This document shows, one piece after another, positions 22,064 through 33,622 of a DNA stretch of 64,000 nucleotides (position 1 is its first letter; every line of letters begins with the position of its first letter). Both the position numbers and the translations under genes were made by a program. Under the pieces are notes generated by a model, which worked only from the letters and a program-made list of their open reading frames with translations, was not told the DNA's origin and ran no database searches. This DNA is from Promethearchaeota archaeon. Lineage in GTDB: Archaea > Asgardarchaeota > Lokiarchaeia > Sigyniarchaeales > SOKP01. Location of the stretch: assembly GCA_016839555.1 (NCBI GenBank), contig JAEOUA010000008.1:96001-160000 (forward strand), written 5' to 3'.

Positions 22064-22732
22064 TTATTCAGGATCGAAGATTAAATCAAGATAATAAAAC
22101 CGATCTTTCTCGAATTTGACTTCTCCAGTTTTAAAAACAACAATCTTATTGAAGGTTGGTCCATCAAATACAAATGAATGATATTCTCCATTCTCTCCCA
22201 TTAAATCGACATCTTTTGGTAAGTCCCTTATAAAGTTAGAGTTGAAAATTCTTCCTAAAAATGATTTATCTAAAAAATTGGAATCGACAGAGGTTATAAT
22301 AGCTTTATAACCGAGGTTAATAAATTTTTTGGCTAAATTTTTGGTATTTTTATTCCAAAGTGGAAATATTGCTTCCATTTTTACATTAGACAAATTTTTT
22401 TCTCGATATGCTCGAATATCTTCCAGAAAAATATCTCCGAAAATAATAGTAGATATCCCTTTTTTACGGAGTTTTTTCATCTCTCCTTTCATTATGAGAT
22501 TATATTGTTCATTTGTACAATCTACTGGTAATTCTATTATTCTTAAAGGCAGATTTATACTCTTAGCTTGTTCATTTAATAAACTTCTTCTAATACCATG
22601 CATACTTACCCTTTCATATTTTTTAGAAACGGTTGTTAAAAGAAGTTCAATGGTTATCTCTTTATTTTGCTTCATTTCATAAAGTGCCAATGCTGAATCC
22701 TTTCCTCCGCTCCAAGATAATGCTGCTTTCAT
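22064..22732 (-). CDS. Diphthine-ammonia ligase-like PP-loop ATPase (Dph6/MJ0570 family)
   Basis: SWSGGKDS, FGDIFLED, GENGEYHSFV.DGP. Confidence 0.88.
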   Translation of the reverse strand: MKAALSWSGGKDSALALYEMKQNKEITIELLLTTVSKKYERVSMHGIRRSLLNEQAKSINLPLRIIELPVDCTNEQYNLIMKGEMKKLRKKGISTIIFGDIFLEDIRAYREKNLSNVKMEAIFPLWNKNTKNLAKKFINLGYKAIITSVDSNFLDKSFLGRIFNSNFIRDLPKDVDLMGENGEYHSFVFDGPTFNKIVVFKTGEVKFEKDRFYYLDLIFDPE

Positions 22733-22835
22733 AGTTGAAAAATTATATCTCTATAAAATAATTAATATGCTTTATTAAAACTTTATTTAATTTCTCAAGT
22801 GAAAAATGGCAACAAAAATAAGATATGTAAATTAA

Positions 22836-23303
22836 TTAAAAAGTAATTGTGTCGGAAGAGTTAAATAATCCTTTAAGTTCTTCTTTTATTAGTTCCTGAT
22901 CTACTTCTAAATAGGAGTTTAAAACTTTCTCCAATTTTGGTCCCCATTTTTTAATAATAGCACGAATAAAACCAATATTAACGTTCAAATCGGTTGCAAT
23001 GCAAAGAGTTCCTTTTCCTATTTTCATTGAAAAAAGTATACCTCTTTCATATTCTGTGATTTGTAGATGAATATTTCCATAGCCCAATATTTGTCCTTGC
23101 TCCTCGCCAGCCATTAAGACTGCACCCCCAATGGCGCCTATTTTTTCTACTGAAGCTTCATCTTTATTAATTCTAAATTTGGACTGACTCAAAACAGAAA
23201 TTCCCGAATTATCAATAATAATGGCATATTTAACTCCTGCAGTACTGTTAATAATCGAATTTAATATTTGTTTAAGTATTTTTTCGTCTTCTATAAAACT
23301 CAT
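22836..23303 (-). CDS. Roadblock/LC7 (LAMTOR2/MglB-like) domain protein
   Basis: Helix-GVKYAIIIDNSGISV-helix(KIGAIGGAV)-QITEYERGILF-VNIGFIR pattern. Confidence 0.85.
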   Translation of the reverse strand: MSFIEDEKILKQILNSIINSTAGVKYAIIIDNSGISVLSQSKFRINKDEASVEKIGAIGGAVLMAGEEQGQILGYGNIHLQITEYERGILFSMKIGKGTLCIATDLNVNIGFIRAIIKKWGPKLEKVLNSYLEVDQELIKEELKGLFNSSDTITF

Positions 23304-23655
23304 AGGGCTACACTCACTTTATTTCAATTTAGTGATTTTTCTTATATTTTTTTTATTATAAGTATTTAAACTATGTCTTTTTCCTAAGGAATAGAAACCC
23401 TTATATAGAGTTAAAAAAAACGTTCTCGAGTTGACTAATATTAGATCTAATATAATTTTTTTGACACCATAATAATAATAGTTTTTGTATTTATTTTTAC
23501 GCATATTCATAATTTATCTAATAAAACAATTATAAAGGAATGAGCTCTATTAAATCTAAAAGTATTATAAAAATCCATAGATCAACAAAAAAATTTCTTG
23601 CAATAGGGTAATATCGTTTCAATGACTCGAAAAAGCTTTTTTATATGATATAAAT

Positions 23656-24003
23656 TTAAAAAAGTGATTGTCGTTTGATAATTTTTTTCAAATCTTTATA
23701 AGCATACACATGAATATTAGGTTTTCTAAGAATTAATAAAAGCCGTATATATTCATCCTTATTTAGGTTTCGCTTTACCTTTATATATTTGGAATGATTT
23801 ATAAAAGGTTTTTTTCTTGAAATTGCTTCTAAAGCAAGTATATTTTCATTATATGGGAATTCATCAGAAATTTCAGAAACAATGGGAAATCCATGTTTAT
23901 CAGTGATAATTCCTGCTATAAAATTGGGAAACCTTTGAGTTATCTTATTTAAAAATTGTGAAACTTGGTCGTGACTTACTATAGCTTTCACTTTTAACTC
24001 CAT
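23656..24003 (-). CDS. Small roadblock/profilin-like-fold protein
   Basis: FIAGIITDKHGFPIVSE resembles roadblock beta1-beta2. Confidence 0.55.
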   Translation of the reverse strand: MELKVKAIVSHDQVSQFLNKITQRFPNFIAGIITDKHGFPIVSEISDEFPYNENILALEAISRKKPFINHSKYIKVKRNLNKDEYIRLLLILRKPNIHVYAYKDLKKIIKRQSLF

Positions 24004-24257
24004 TTTGCTTCAATTTATATAGATAAATGAAAGAGATTCAATATAATAAATAAAAATATTATTTGGATATCTTCTTAATATTATGAAGTAAAAACTAACT
24101 AGTAATTTCTGTATGTCTCTATATAGTATTAATTAATTAAAAGATTGAAATAAAAAGAGTTAAGAGCTGTAGAAAATAATTCTTTTTTTTACAACTTCTA
24201 GAAAAAAATAAAGAAATTAAAATAAAAAAAATTATTATATTTGATTTACCGAGAGAT

Positions 24258-25217
24258 TTATTCTGCCTTATCCAGTGAAAGATTCTCTTGCAGCTCGCAA
24301 TAACGATTTCTGATGGTAACTTCTGTAACTTGAGAAGTTTTTGCAATTTTCCGCTGTGTAACCTTTTCTTTTGCTAAAATAGACGCGGCATATATGGCTG
24401 CACCGCAAACTCCTGTGGGCCCACGCCCAGAAGTCAGACCTCTTTTTTCAGCTTCTTGTAAGATTTTTATCGCAATTTTTTGACATTGATTAGAGAGATC
24501 CAACTCTGATATAAACCTTGTTAGAAAATCTGATGGCTTGGTAGGATTTAAATTTAGATTAAGTTTTTCTAAAATAAATCGATAGGACCTTCCTATTTCC
24601 TTTTTATCAACACGTGCAATCTCAGCAATTTCTGTTAATGTGATGGGTATTTTGAAGGTTCGACATGCCGCGTATAAGCTTGCAGCAGCTACTCCTTCAA
24701 TACTTCTTCCTCTTATAAGATGCTTTTCTACCGCATCCCTGTAAATTTTTGCAGAGCATTCCCGTAAATTTTTTTTTAAATCTAAATTCGAAGCCATTCG
24801 ATCTAGCTCACTTAAAGCGAAAGTTAAGTTTCTTTCTGTTGCATTACTTACTCTGATTCGGCTTTGCCATTTTCTTAATCGGTATATTTGTCCTCGTAAT
24901 TTTGCGGGTATTTTTTTCCCATATATATCTCGGTTTTTCCAATCTATCATAGTACTCAAGCCTTTATCATGAATCATATATGTATTTGGAGGACCTGTTC
25001 GGGTTCTATTTTTCTTTTGTTCTGCATCGAAAGCTCTCCATTCAGGGCCGCTATCAATATGATTTTCTGAATGTACTAGTCCGCAATTTTCACATACTAA
25101 AGCTCCTCTGTTTTCATCATAAAAAATATTTTCTCCACATTCAGAACATGTATTTTTATCAACAATGAGCTTATCAATATTAGATTTTGATTCTTTCCAA
25201 CTTGAAATAATTAACAC
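24258..25217 (-). CDS. tfb: Transcription initiation factor IIB
   Basis: CSECG..VCENCG zinc ribbon, GPEWRAF, HDKGLST, two cyclin repeats, [10 protein letters not shown]. Confidence 0.97.
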   Translation of the reverse strand: MLIISSWKESKSNIDKLIVDKNTCSECGENIFYDENRGALVCENCGLVHSENHIDSGPEWRAFDAEQKKNRTRTGPPNTYMIHDKGLSTMIDWKNRDIYGKKIPAKLRGQIYRLRKWQSRIRVSNATERNLTFALSELDRMASNLDLKKNLRECSAKIYRDAVEKHLIRGRSIEGVAAASLYAACRTFKIPITLTEIAEIARVDKKEIGRSYRFILEKLNLNLNPTKPSDFLTRFISELDLSNQCQKIAIKILQEAEKRGLTSGRGPTGVCGAAIYAASILAKEKVTQRKIAKTSQVTEVTIRNRYCELQENLSLDKAE

Positions 25218-25261
25218 CTTCCTTAATAAAAGGTTATAAATAATATAAGATCCCTAAAATA

Positions 25262-25537
25262 TTACGTCAATTTTATATAATAGTTATTACTTAATTCTAT
25301 TTTTTGAATGAGCGTAATTTGATCGGGATTTGCTTTTACTGAGATGAAGGGACTGGATATCGGACCAAAGATATCTTTAATCACACCAAATTTCTTGTAT
25401 TCTTGATTATAAATTGGTTTTTTAATGAAATTTTGTATATCTTTCTTATTTTCTGCATTCCATTGGGGAGCTCGAAATATTGCGTGATTTTTGGTTGAAA
25501 AACCCAAATGATAAAGTGTTAGTTTAAACCAGTTCAA
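25262..25537 (-). CDS. gar1: H/ACA RNP component Gar1/Naf1
   Basis: GVIKDIFGPISSPFISVK; position upstream of tfb is typical for archaea. Confidence 0.8.
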   Translation of the reverse strand: MNWFKLTLYHLGFSTKNHAIFRAPQWNAENKKDIQNFIKKPIYNQEYKKFGVIKDIFGPISSPFISVKANPDQITLIQKIELSNNYYIKLT

Positions 25538-25629
25538 TTAATAACCCGTAAATAATTATTTACCATTAACCTTCTATAAACTCCAAAATTGATTCTTCAT
25601 ATTTAAATTTAATCATTACTTTGAGTATT

Positions 25630-26724
25630 TTATATATAAGGAAATTTTAATTGGTACTCAATTCTACATATACAATCATATTCTATTTGCTCTAATCTTG
25701 ATAAATCTTGATGAAGAATAAAATCTCTTAAGTGTGTTTTCATTTTATCATTGCAGGAACTCCTTAGACAATTATGAATACCTCTGTTAGTACCAGCACC
25801 AGAAGGATCACATAGTATTCGTATTTTTTTTAAGTCCTTCTCATTTAATGCTTTATTAAAACAATCAAATAAAGAATAAAACCAAGGAGGTCTGTATCGA
25901 TGTGAATGCCATAAATATTCTACAAGAGTTCCTTTTTGGACATTACAGGGGTTTATTGAGATGGTTTGAACATTTAATTTTATCATCTCTTTAATGGAAT
26001 GAGCACAGTCATCAATTGCAGCTTTTTCATTAAGAAAAGGTGGTTTAAACAATAGATAGACTTTACTTCCAATGTTATTATTATGACATAATTGTAACTT
26101 TTCTAGAAAATCTTTAAATTTTAATCCTTTATTGATGTATCTATTCCGAATATGATCATTAACCGATTCAAGACCCATTCCAATTTCTATATATTTATTT
26201 GGAAGATATTTCTGGAGCTCATCTAGCTTTTCTTGAGTTATAAAATCTAAACGAGATTCAATTGAAAACTCCAAAATTTGTGGTATTTCTGCTATTTTTT
26301 TATAAATATATTCTCTTACCGGTTTTGATATTTCAGACTCATCAAGAAAGCTTCCCGAATTAAATATTTTTAAAATATAGTTATTCGTATCATTCTTGAT
26401 GAATTGAATTGTTTTAGATACAGCATAATCAAACTGATTCATAATCTGTTCGGAATCAACATCCTTTATATTGGCATCTTCTATATAACCGCACATGGAA
26501 CAGCCGCCTTGTTCTAATGCCCATTTACACCCTTTAGTTCTTAAAATAATTGTGAATTCTTTACCAATTTGATCTTTTAATCGTTCTTTTTTAGTCCAAT
26601 AACTTATAGGCTTATTTAACTTATCCTTAGAATAAGCTTTCTTATTTTTTAATGATTTTTCTCTTAATCTCTTAATCTTTTCCGCTACAAAGTCGTGTTC
26701 CATCATTTTATTATTTTGTTTCAT
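25630..26724 (-). CDS. Archaeosine biosynthesis radical SAM protein RaSEA
   Basis: LRTKGCKW..GGCSMCGY, KIFNSGSFLD, YLLFKPPFL, YRPPW; adjacent to arcS. Confidence 0.9.
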   Translation of the reverse strand: MKQNNKMMEHDFVAEKIKRLREKSLKNKKAYSKDKLNKPISYWTKKERLKDQIGKEFTIILRTKGCKWALEQGGCSMCGYIEDANIKDVDSEQIMNQFDYAVSKTIQFIKNDTNNYILKIFNSGSFLDESEISKPVREYIYKKIAEIPQILEFSIESRLDFITQEKLDELQKYLPNKYIEIGMGLESVNDHIRNRYINKGLKFKDFLEKLQLCHNNNIGSKVYLLFKPPFLNEKAAIDDCAHSIKEMIKLNVQTISINPCNVQKGTLVEYLWHSHRYRPPWFYSLFDCFNKALNEKDLKKIRILCDPSGAGTNRGIHNCLRSSCNDKMKTHLRDFILHQDLSRLEQIEYDCICRIEYQLKFPYI

Positions 26725-28783
26725 AAAGTTTTACAATTCTTCCTGAATTTGAATTTTTGATAATATTACTGGAGACAATCATATTTCCCATCGCAATTAT
26801 GTCTGTTTTGTCTTGATCAAAAATACAGACATTTTCTGTTGGTAATAGATTTGCAGGATAATTCTTTATACCAGGTCTAAATAAAGTATTTCCTTTGATT
26901 TTATTCCCATCAAAGACCAGGAATTTGGAAAAATTAGGATCATATGCAATATTTTTTGCACCTTCAATCGTAAGCTTTATTTTTCCAGTAGAAAAATTAA
27001 ATGTCGCGATTTTATTATTAGATTGTTTATTAAATATATGTATTTTAGTATTAGTGCGATTTCTTTCATAAAAAATACCATCCGAAAATAGTTGTTGTCC
27101 AAAATTGTTACCAAATTGATAATCTATAATTTTCGAGAATTTTCTTGGCCAACTCTTTGTAAAAATACTTTTATCTTGGAGAGTTTTCTCAGAGGCGTAA
27201 TCATCCTTATGTTCTCCGATTAATATTTGGAGATTATTTAATGAGGCTTCTGAAGTGATACTCTCTTGTATTTTTGAATAGTAGAATTTATGATCTAATT
27301 TTTTTTCTGCTTGTTGTGCAATTAATAGATATCCTCCTTCGAGATGACAAATAACCGGTATTTTTTGATCATATTTGCTCAATAAATCTATTAACATTTT
27401 TGAGGAGATTTCAAGTTCTTCACTAGACCAATCACCGGTTACAGAAATATCATAAGAGTTAATAGGATAAATATTTTCTAATTGACGAGGTATCGCTCCC
27501 AAGGGAGAAGTGAGGATTATTTCTTGAAAATTTGGAAATTCTGGAAATCTTCTGATTGCTTTATAAAAATATTGATGAGATTTTGATTTAGAATATGGCT
27601 TTTTAGCTGAGCAGGGTAATAACAAGATTAAAGTGGTTCCATCTTCCGGTCTAAAAGTTTTTATTGTTTGTTTTCGGAAATATACAAAATCGGGTCTATA
27701 GGAAGATGATGGTCCTAAACAATTCACTGTTTTATTTTTTTGGGTTAGAAGTGTATATTGTTTAATTGTTTCAAAATACTCTCTATCTAAAATTCTCAAC
27801 AATGAAATAAAATTTAAATCATTTAAAGAAGACTTTTCCACAAATTGTCTAAAATCTTCTGTATGAAGATATTGAATAATTTTGTTCATATAAATTTTTG
27901 AAGTAATAAGATTATGATAACATAATAGACTAATTTTTTCTTCTGAATATTTTTCTTGTAATAAATTTTTTAAATTATTTTTACAAGCTAAACAATTACA
28001 TGGTAGAAATTTTAATTTATAGGAGGGAATTAGTAAATCAATAGTATCATAATAGTTTTCGGTGGATAAATAAGTTAGATATGAAGAATTGATTAAATCA
28101 AATCCAAGATATACCAAAATAGGAAAATATTTTGAGATTAAACTCCCAGAGGCCATTAATACAAGATTATTATCCAATCCTGTTTTAATTTTAGTGATAT
28201 CTTCAAGAATATTACGAAAATGACTGAGATTATTAAAAATGTCAATAAAATTTAAAATTTTAATATTTTTATACTTTTTGATGATAGGAATATAATAATT
28301 AATTAAATTATAATATTCAAATAATTTAATAGAAAGTCCAAAACGATTTTTAAGGTTTTTATTTAGAAAATCATCTATTATAGCTAAATAATGTTCTATT
28401 TCTTGTTCCATAAACTCTAAATTAATCGCTGTTGTAGGAATATTAAAGGGAATAATAGGGCATACATTATAATCTAAAAAAGTTTCTTTTTTTTGATTAA
28501 AAATCTCAATAAATTTCTCTAATGTCCCATAATGAATGTATAAAAAGCCAGAATCTTTAAACATCCCATTAAGAAATTGCTCTTCTATATACTTTTCATC
28601 GGAAATCAAAAATATTTTATGATCTCCAAAAGATTCTATAAAATTTAGATTTTTCATTAAACATTGGTTAAGAGGAATTATTATATTCGGTGTTTTTATT
28701 GGTTTCTGGGATCCTAATAGATTAATTCTCCCAATTCGAGAAAAACCGCAACGATTTTTTAATAATTCAAAAAAGAAATCCAT
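26711..28783 (-). CDS. arcS: Archaeosine synthase alpha subunit (TGT-like + DUF5591 + PUA)
   Basis: CNCLAC..HNL, LLLPCSAKKPYSKSKSH, TSPLGAIPR.LE.IYP..YDISVTGDW, C-terminal PUA. Confidence 0.88.
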   Translation of the reverse strand: MDFFFELLKNRCGFSRIGRINLLGSQKPIKTPNIIIPLNQCLMKNLNFIESFGDHKIFLISDEKYIEEQFLNGMFKDSGFLYIHYGTLEKFIEIFNQKKETFLDYNVCPIIPFNIPTTAINLEFMEQEIEHYLAIIDDFLNKNLKNRFGLSIKLFEYYNLINYYIPIIKKYKNIKILNFIDIFNNLSHFRNILEDITKIKTGLDNNLVLMASGSLISKYFPILVYLGFDLINSSYLTYLSTENYYDTIDLLIPSYKLKFLPCNCLACKNNLKNLLQEKYSEEKISLLCYHNLITSKIYMNKIIQYLHTEDFRQFVEKSSLNDLNFISLLRILDREYFETIKQYTLLTQKNKTVNCLGPSSSYRPDFVYFRKQTIKTFRPEDGTTLILLLPCSAKKPYSKSKSHQYFYKAIRRFPEFPNFQEIILTSPLGAIPRQLENIYPINSYDISVTGDWSSEELEISSKMLIDLLSKYDQKIPVICHLEGGYLLIAQQAEKKLDHKFYYSKIQESITSEASLNNLQILIGEHKDDYASEKTLQDKSIFTKSWPRKFSKIIDYQFGNNFGQQLFSDGIFYERNRTNTKIHIFNKQSNNKIATFNFSTGKIKLTIEGAKNIAYDPNFSKFLVFDGNKIKGNTLFRPGIKNYPANLLPTENVCIFDQDKTDIIAMGNMIVSSNIIKNSNSGRIVKLYETK

Positions 28784-28909
28784 TCTTTAACTGAAAAATT
28801 CGAATAATCTGATATTTAATATAAAATAGCAATGAAAAAATAATTAACCTTATCAAACTTAGCAGATGAAAGCAAAAGAAGAAATTAAAACGAGATGTGA
28901 AAAGCGAAA

Positions 28910-29860
28910 TTAAAATGAAAAATTTGTAAAGGGAATTCGCTCATCTAATATGAAATTACTGAATGTATCCTCGATTTCTCCCGAACTATAAAGATTTTTT
29001 AAAATTTCACCATAATCATTTATTGCTTTTACCCGAATTATTGCAAATAAACCGAATTCAGAACCCATCCTATAAAGGTGAGTAATTTCACTTAATCGTT
29101 CCAATTTTAAAGCAATTTTATCATAATTCGATGGATTCTTAGGTTTTATGCGTATTATAAATTTTCCCTGAAAGCCTAATTTTTTGGGAGAGAAATTTAT
29201 TGTATAATTCAAAATTATTCCTGAGTTTTCCATATATTTTATTCTATTATAAATAGTTGATTGTGAAATCTCTATTGAATACTTATTTTTTAAAATTCTC
29301 TTTATATCATAAGTAGAAATTAATTTATCTTGTTGGAAAATTTGAAGGGTTTCCAAAATAGCCATATCTATTTCATCTATTGTATCTTCTTTTAAATTAA
29401 TTTCAGAAAGTTTTATTCCATTGGTTTTATAAATCTTAATGGGTTCTGAAAATTGATATTTTTTAAAATAGGAATCAGCCATAATGTTGTCAATTTTAGT
29501 TAAGGTTTTATTAAATTCATCAGGATTTTTAAAAATAAACAATGTAATCAAAGAAAATTCTCCAAAAATACCATCTAACATTTTAAGCTGTGGAATATGT
29601 AAAAACTTATTTATTAGGGCAGGTTCATTCGGATTAGTTTTGATTTCCATTACAACATACTCCAAATTTGGTTGAATATTGGGATTAATATTAATAGTGA
29701 AATTGTTAATTATTTTTTGCTCTTTCAATTTGTTAAAATAATTTTGAATTGTTTGTCTTGAGATTGATAAATTCTCTGAAATTTCTGTAATATTAGGTTT
29801 GGATTTGGAATCAAAACTTTTAATTATTTTATGAGCAATCTTATTATCTATTTTATTCAA
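28910..29860 (-). CDS. Lrp/AsnC-family regulator with two tandem HTH+RAM units
   Basis: Two units: ISRQTIQNYFNKLKEQKII and ISQSTIYNRIKYMENSGII...SPKKLG. Confidence 0.85.
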   Translation of the reverse strand: MNKIDNKIAHKIIKSFDSKSKPNITEISENLSISRQTIQNYFNKLKEQKIINNFTININPNIQPNLEYVVMEIKTNPNEPALINKFLHIPQLKMLDGIFGEFSLITLFIFKNPDEFNKTLTKIDNIMADSYFKKYQFSEPIKIYKTNGIKLSEINLKEDTIDEIDMAILETLQIFQQDKLISTYDIKRILKNKYSIEISQSTIYNRIKYMENSGIILNYTINFSPKKLGFQGKFIIRIKPKNPSNYDKIALKLERLSEITHLYRMGSEFGLFAIIRVKAINDYGEILKNLYSSGEIEDTFSNFILDERIPFTNFSF

Positions 29861-29994
29861 ATTAGGTTCACTTTAGAATTTTTTAATTAATTGTAAAAAA
29901 ATAAGATATTATTTTTAGCACTTTATTGAACATAAATTTAAGTATTTTACTTAAATTTGTTAATTAAGCAAACCAAAAAAATAATATGAAATAA

Positions 29995-31272
29995 GTGAAA
30001 AAAATGGTAGATTATAAAGTTGCTGATGAAACTTTAGCGGATCAAGGTGAAGAAGCACTATATATTGCTGAAAATAAAATGACAGTCACGGCGGGAATAA
30101 TTCGAGAGAGATTTAAAAAAGAAAAACCACTAGAAGGGATTACAATTGCGGGATGTCTTCATGTCACAAAAGAAACGGGAAATTTGGCTCTTACTCTACA
30201 AGCTGGAGGAGCAGAAGTGTATTTATGTGGTAGTAATCCCCTCTCCACTCAAGATGAGGTGGCTGCTGCACTTGTGAAAAAAGATATAAATGTTTTTGCG
30301 TGGCACGGAAATACAACTGAGGAGTTTTATTGGTGTATAAGACAATGCTTAAAAGGGAAACCAAATATTATGATTGATGATGGTGGAGATATGATTGTAA
30401 CAGCACATCAAGAATTTCCAGAATTAATCTCCTCCGGTAAAGTTTATGGTTGTCAAGAAGAGACCACTACTGGTGTGAAAAGATTTAAAGCTATGGAAAG
30501 ACAAGGAAAATTAAAAGTGCCCTTATTTCCTGTGAATGACGCACGATGTAAAAATCAGTTTGATAATGAATTAGGAACAGGTCAAGGTGTTATCTCTGCG
30601 ATATATGGTATGCATATTCTTTTTGCTGGAAAGAATGTTGTAATTGCTGGGTTTGGTCATTGTAGCTCTGGAATGGCATTACGAGCAAGAGGATTAGGAG
30701 CGAATGTAACTGTTACTGAAGTTGACCCAATTAATGCCTTAAAAGCAAGATTCACGGGTTATAATGTAAAACCAATTATAGAGACTTTACCTGAAGCAGA
30801 CGTAATATTGACTGCTACTGGATGTAAACACGTGATACCACCAGATCCCGAAGTCTTTAATAAGCTTAAGGATGGAGTAATTCTGGGTAATTTGGGACAC
30901 TTTGATATAGAGATTCCAACTAAAGAATTATATGAGTACGCAGAAGAAATAAAGCCTATTAGAAAGTATGTTGAAGAATTAATCTTTCCGAATGGGAAAA
31001 AGGTCTATCTTCTAGCTAAAGGACGATTAGCTAATTTAGTCTTAGCAGAAGGCCATCCGAGTGAAGTAATGGACATGTCTTTTTCGCTTCAATCATTAAT
31101 GTCAGAATGGATCGTCAAAAATCATGCCGCTTTTAAGCCAGGAATAATCGATGTTCCGAAAGAAATTGATGATAAGGTAGGTTACTTAAAGCTAGATGCA
31201 ATGGGAATTGAAATAGATAAATTAACTGAGGAACAATACAATTATATTCATGGATTTGAAGAAGGAACTTAA
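29995..31272 (+). CDS. ahcY: S-adenosylhomocysteine hydrolase
   Basis: CLHVTKET, SNPLSTQD, DDGGD, EETTTG, GHFDIEI, GHPSEVMDMSF. Confidence 0.97.
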   Translation: MKKMVDYKVADETLADQGEEALYIAENKMTVTAGIIRERFKKEKPLEGITIAGCLHVTKETGNLALTLQAGGAEVYLCGSNPLSTQDEVAAALVKKDINVFAWHGNTTEEFYWCIRQCLKGKPNIMIDDGGDMIVTAHQEFPELISSGKVYGCQEETTTGVKRFKAMERQGKLKVPLFPVNDARCKNQFDNELGTGQGVISAIYGMHILFAGKNVVIAGFGHCSSGMALRARGLGANVTVTEVDPINALKARFTGYNVKPIIETLPEADVILTATGCKHVIPPDPEVFNKLKDGVILGNLGHFDIEIPTKELYEYAEEIKPIRKYVEELIFPNGKKVYLLAKGRLANLVLAEGHPSEVMDMSFSLQSLMSEWIVKNHAAFKPGIIDVPKEIDDKVGYLKLDAMGIEIDKLTEEQYNYIHGFEEGT

Positions 31273-31447
31273 ATTAAAATATTATTTTTTATATTATTTC
31301 ATTTTTTTCTATAACTTTTTTTAACAATCAATATCAAATTTTTCTTTAAGAACCATAAAAAAAAGAAAAAATAAGGATATTGAAAAAATCTATAAATATC
31401 ACTTTAACATATTATTATTTTGATAAAATTATTAAAAGTGATGAACT

Positions 31448-32080
31448 ATGGAATCTTTCAAAAAAATATATGATAAAATCCATGCGAGTTATTTTTCATT
31501 CATCGGACTTGCGATATTTTTTATTGGAATAATACCCGCCATGATAGTTCAAGAGAATTTTAATATTTTTACTTATACTATCAGTGATTTGGGATCTCCA
31601 ATAAACAGTTTATACATTTTCTTTGATATATGTTGGTTTATTACGGGGATTTTCATGATATTCTTTCTTTTGGGTTTTACTTTTTACTTACAAGAAAAGG
31701 GGGTAGAAAGCAAAATGACATGGATTACTTTTTTATTTACATTTCTTTCAGCTGTAGGCCTTCTAGGATTAGCAGCATTTAATAAAATAAATGCCCCTGG
31801 GCTGCATGAATTAAGCCAATATCTTTTCTTCTTTACGGGAATCGTTTATTTGATTCTATATTTTGTTATAGAATTAAAGAATACAGAATTTTCAAAATTA
31901 CAGGCGTGGTTCAATTTAATAGTGGCCTTCTTTTTTATGTTATATTTGCTCTTATTTATTATTAGTAAAATTATAAAAACCTTTCCTACAGGAGTTCGAA
32001 TTTTTACTGAGTGGCTATTTTTATCCGCTAATTTACTATGGTTCTTTGAGAATGGAGTTTTAATACTCATCAAAAAATAA
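31448..32080 (+). CDS. DUF998-like membrane protein
   Basis: TISDLG motif after first helix; about six TM segments; conserved H (GLHE). Confidence 0.7.
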   Translation: MESFKKIYDKIHASYFSFIGLAIFFIGIIPAMIVQENFNIFTYTISDLGSPINSLYIFFDICWFITGIFMIFFLLGFTFYLQEKGVESKMTWITFLFTFLSAVGLLGLAAFNKINAPGLHELSQYLFFFTGIVYLILYFVIELKNTEFSKLQAWFNLIVAFFFMLYLLLFIISKIIKTFPTGVRIFTEWLFLSANLLWFFENGVLILIKK

Positions 32081-32176
32081 TTATCTCAACAATTATTTTT
32101 TTTTTTATTTATTGATTTAAAATTTACTATTCAAGCTCTATAAACAATTCAGATTAAACGCATGATTCTATTAAAA

Positions 32177-33205
32177 TCAGGGATATAAAATCTCGTTCGC
32201 CGATGATAGTTCTTTATATACTTCTTTTGCTAAATCTCTTAATCCATTAATTCCAATAGGTTCTTTTTTTAATCTTCTAGATTCCCAAATCTTTAAATTT
32301 ATAAATTCTTGAGTTATTTCTTTAAGATATTTTTGCTGTGTTGAATATATATTATCACAAAAATCACAATTCTCAGCTGCATCTTCAGGAATTAACAGAT
32401 TTACGTGAACTCCATGGAGATCAATATATTTTCTTGTTAATTCTCTTGCTCGTTTAATCTCTTGAAAACTGGGTTTTTCAGCTATGGTAACTAATCGAAG
32501 AGAACCAATATCATGAATTAATTGGGTAATTCTTTCTCCTCTCTGTTCCAGATCTTGAACCATTTTTAAGATTTCAACTCCTAATTCTCTTCTTTTTTTA
32601 TCATCAGCAAAAGGAGAGATCAATTTCTTGAATATTTTAGAAAAATTTTGAATTGCTCCTCTTATTGAATTATAGAAATTTAAGGAATACTTTAAGACTA
32701 CCTTAACTTGGTCTTCAGGAATTTCAAAAAGAGCGAGCATATTTCCAGTAGGGGGCATATCAACCACCACTATGTCAAAAAGTATCTCTTGGCTTAGGTC
32801 TCCTGCATCTAAGATTTTTTGAAAAAACATTGCGTTTTTTAAAGCTAAAGGAATAGAGTCTGCCGTAAAGGTTGTATCAATAAATTCTTCAATTTGAGGG
32901 ATAAACCCCACAATAGGCATTCTTTTCATTAAGATTTTCATCTTCTCAATAAGTATTTTTGTATATTCTTCCGCATAAATATTTGGATCGGGTTCTATCC
33001 CCCACAGATTTCCTGTATCGTTTAATTTAGTCAATTTATTTCCAATTTCTGTGGAAAATAAATCGGAAAGATTATGAGCCATATCAAAAGAAATTACTAG
33101 AATTTTTTTATTTGGGAGTAAATCAGATAAAAGTACTGCGGTAGCGGCACTAATCGAACTTTTTCCCACTCCTCCTTTTCCTCCCAGCACAATTATCCTA
33201 TCCAT
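32177..33205 (-). CDS. ArsA/Get3(TRC40)-family ATPase, single ATPase domain
   Basis: GGKGGVGKSS, D.AHNLSD, VVDMPPTG, C-terminal CDFC, EPIG. Confidence 0.9.
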   Translation of the reverse strand: MDRIIVLGGKGGVGKSSISAATAVLLSDLLPNKKILVISFDMAHNLSDLFSTEIGNKLTKLNDTGNLWGIEPDPNIYAEEYTKILIEKMKILMKRMPIVGFIPQIEEFIDTTFTADSIPLALKNAMFFQKILDAGDLSQEILFDIVVVDMPPTGNMLALFEIPEDQVKVVLKYSLNFYNSIRGAIQNFSKIFKKLISPFADDKKRRELGVEILKMVQDLEQRGERITQLIHDIGSLRLVTIAEKPSFQEIKRARELTRKYIDLHGVHVNLLIPEDAAENCDFCDNIYSTQQKYLKEITQEFINLKIWESRRLKKEPIGINGLRDLAKEVYKELSSANEILYP

Positions 33206-33622
33206 ATTTGATCAGAGTTAATTTTTAAGTACTAAGACTTCAAAAGATACTATTAAGAAAAAAGAAAGTAATTTAAAACTGATTATACCAATAATACTAT
33301 CAAAATTAATATTATTTTTCCTTAAATTCAAATTCTGTAGGATTTTTTTCAGTAAAATTTCTTTACAAGATAAGGGGAAATTGATGTTGATAATCTAAGA
33401 TTTTTAAAAAATTAGTTAAAAATTTATTTGTTAAATGCTTATATTATAATATATATCCATCTTGAGAATTTTGATGGAAATCATATAGTAATTAAAATTA
33501 AAATAGATATTTGGTTAACATAATTTATTATTTCATTTATCATTAAAATTTAACAATCAACATAATTAAGACATTTAGCAAATTTAAAGGAAAAAAAGAA
33601 TATATTAACATTTTTTAAGGAA

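Noticed and set aside
23319-23510. 63-aa ORF upstream of the roadblock gene, and 24137..24346 overlapping tfb
   Set aside because: Short, AT-driven composition, no motifs, and overlapping promoter or coding DNA.
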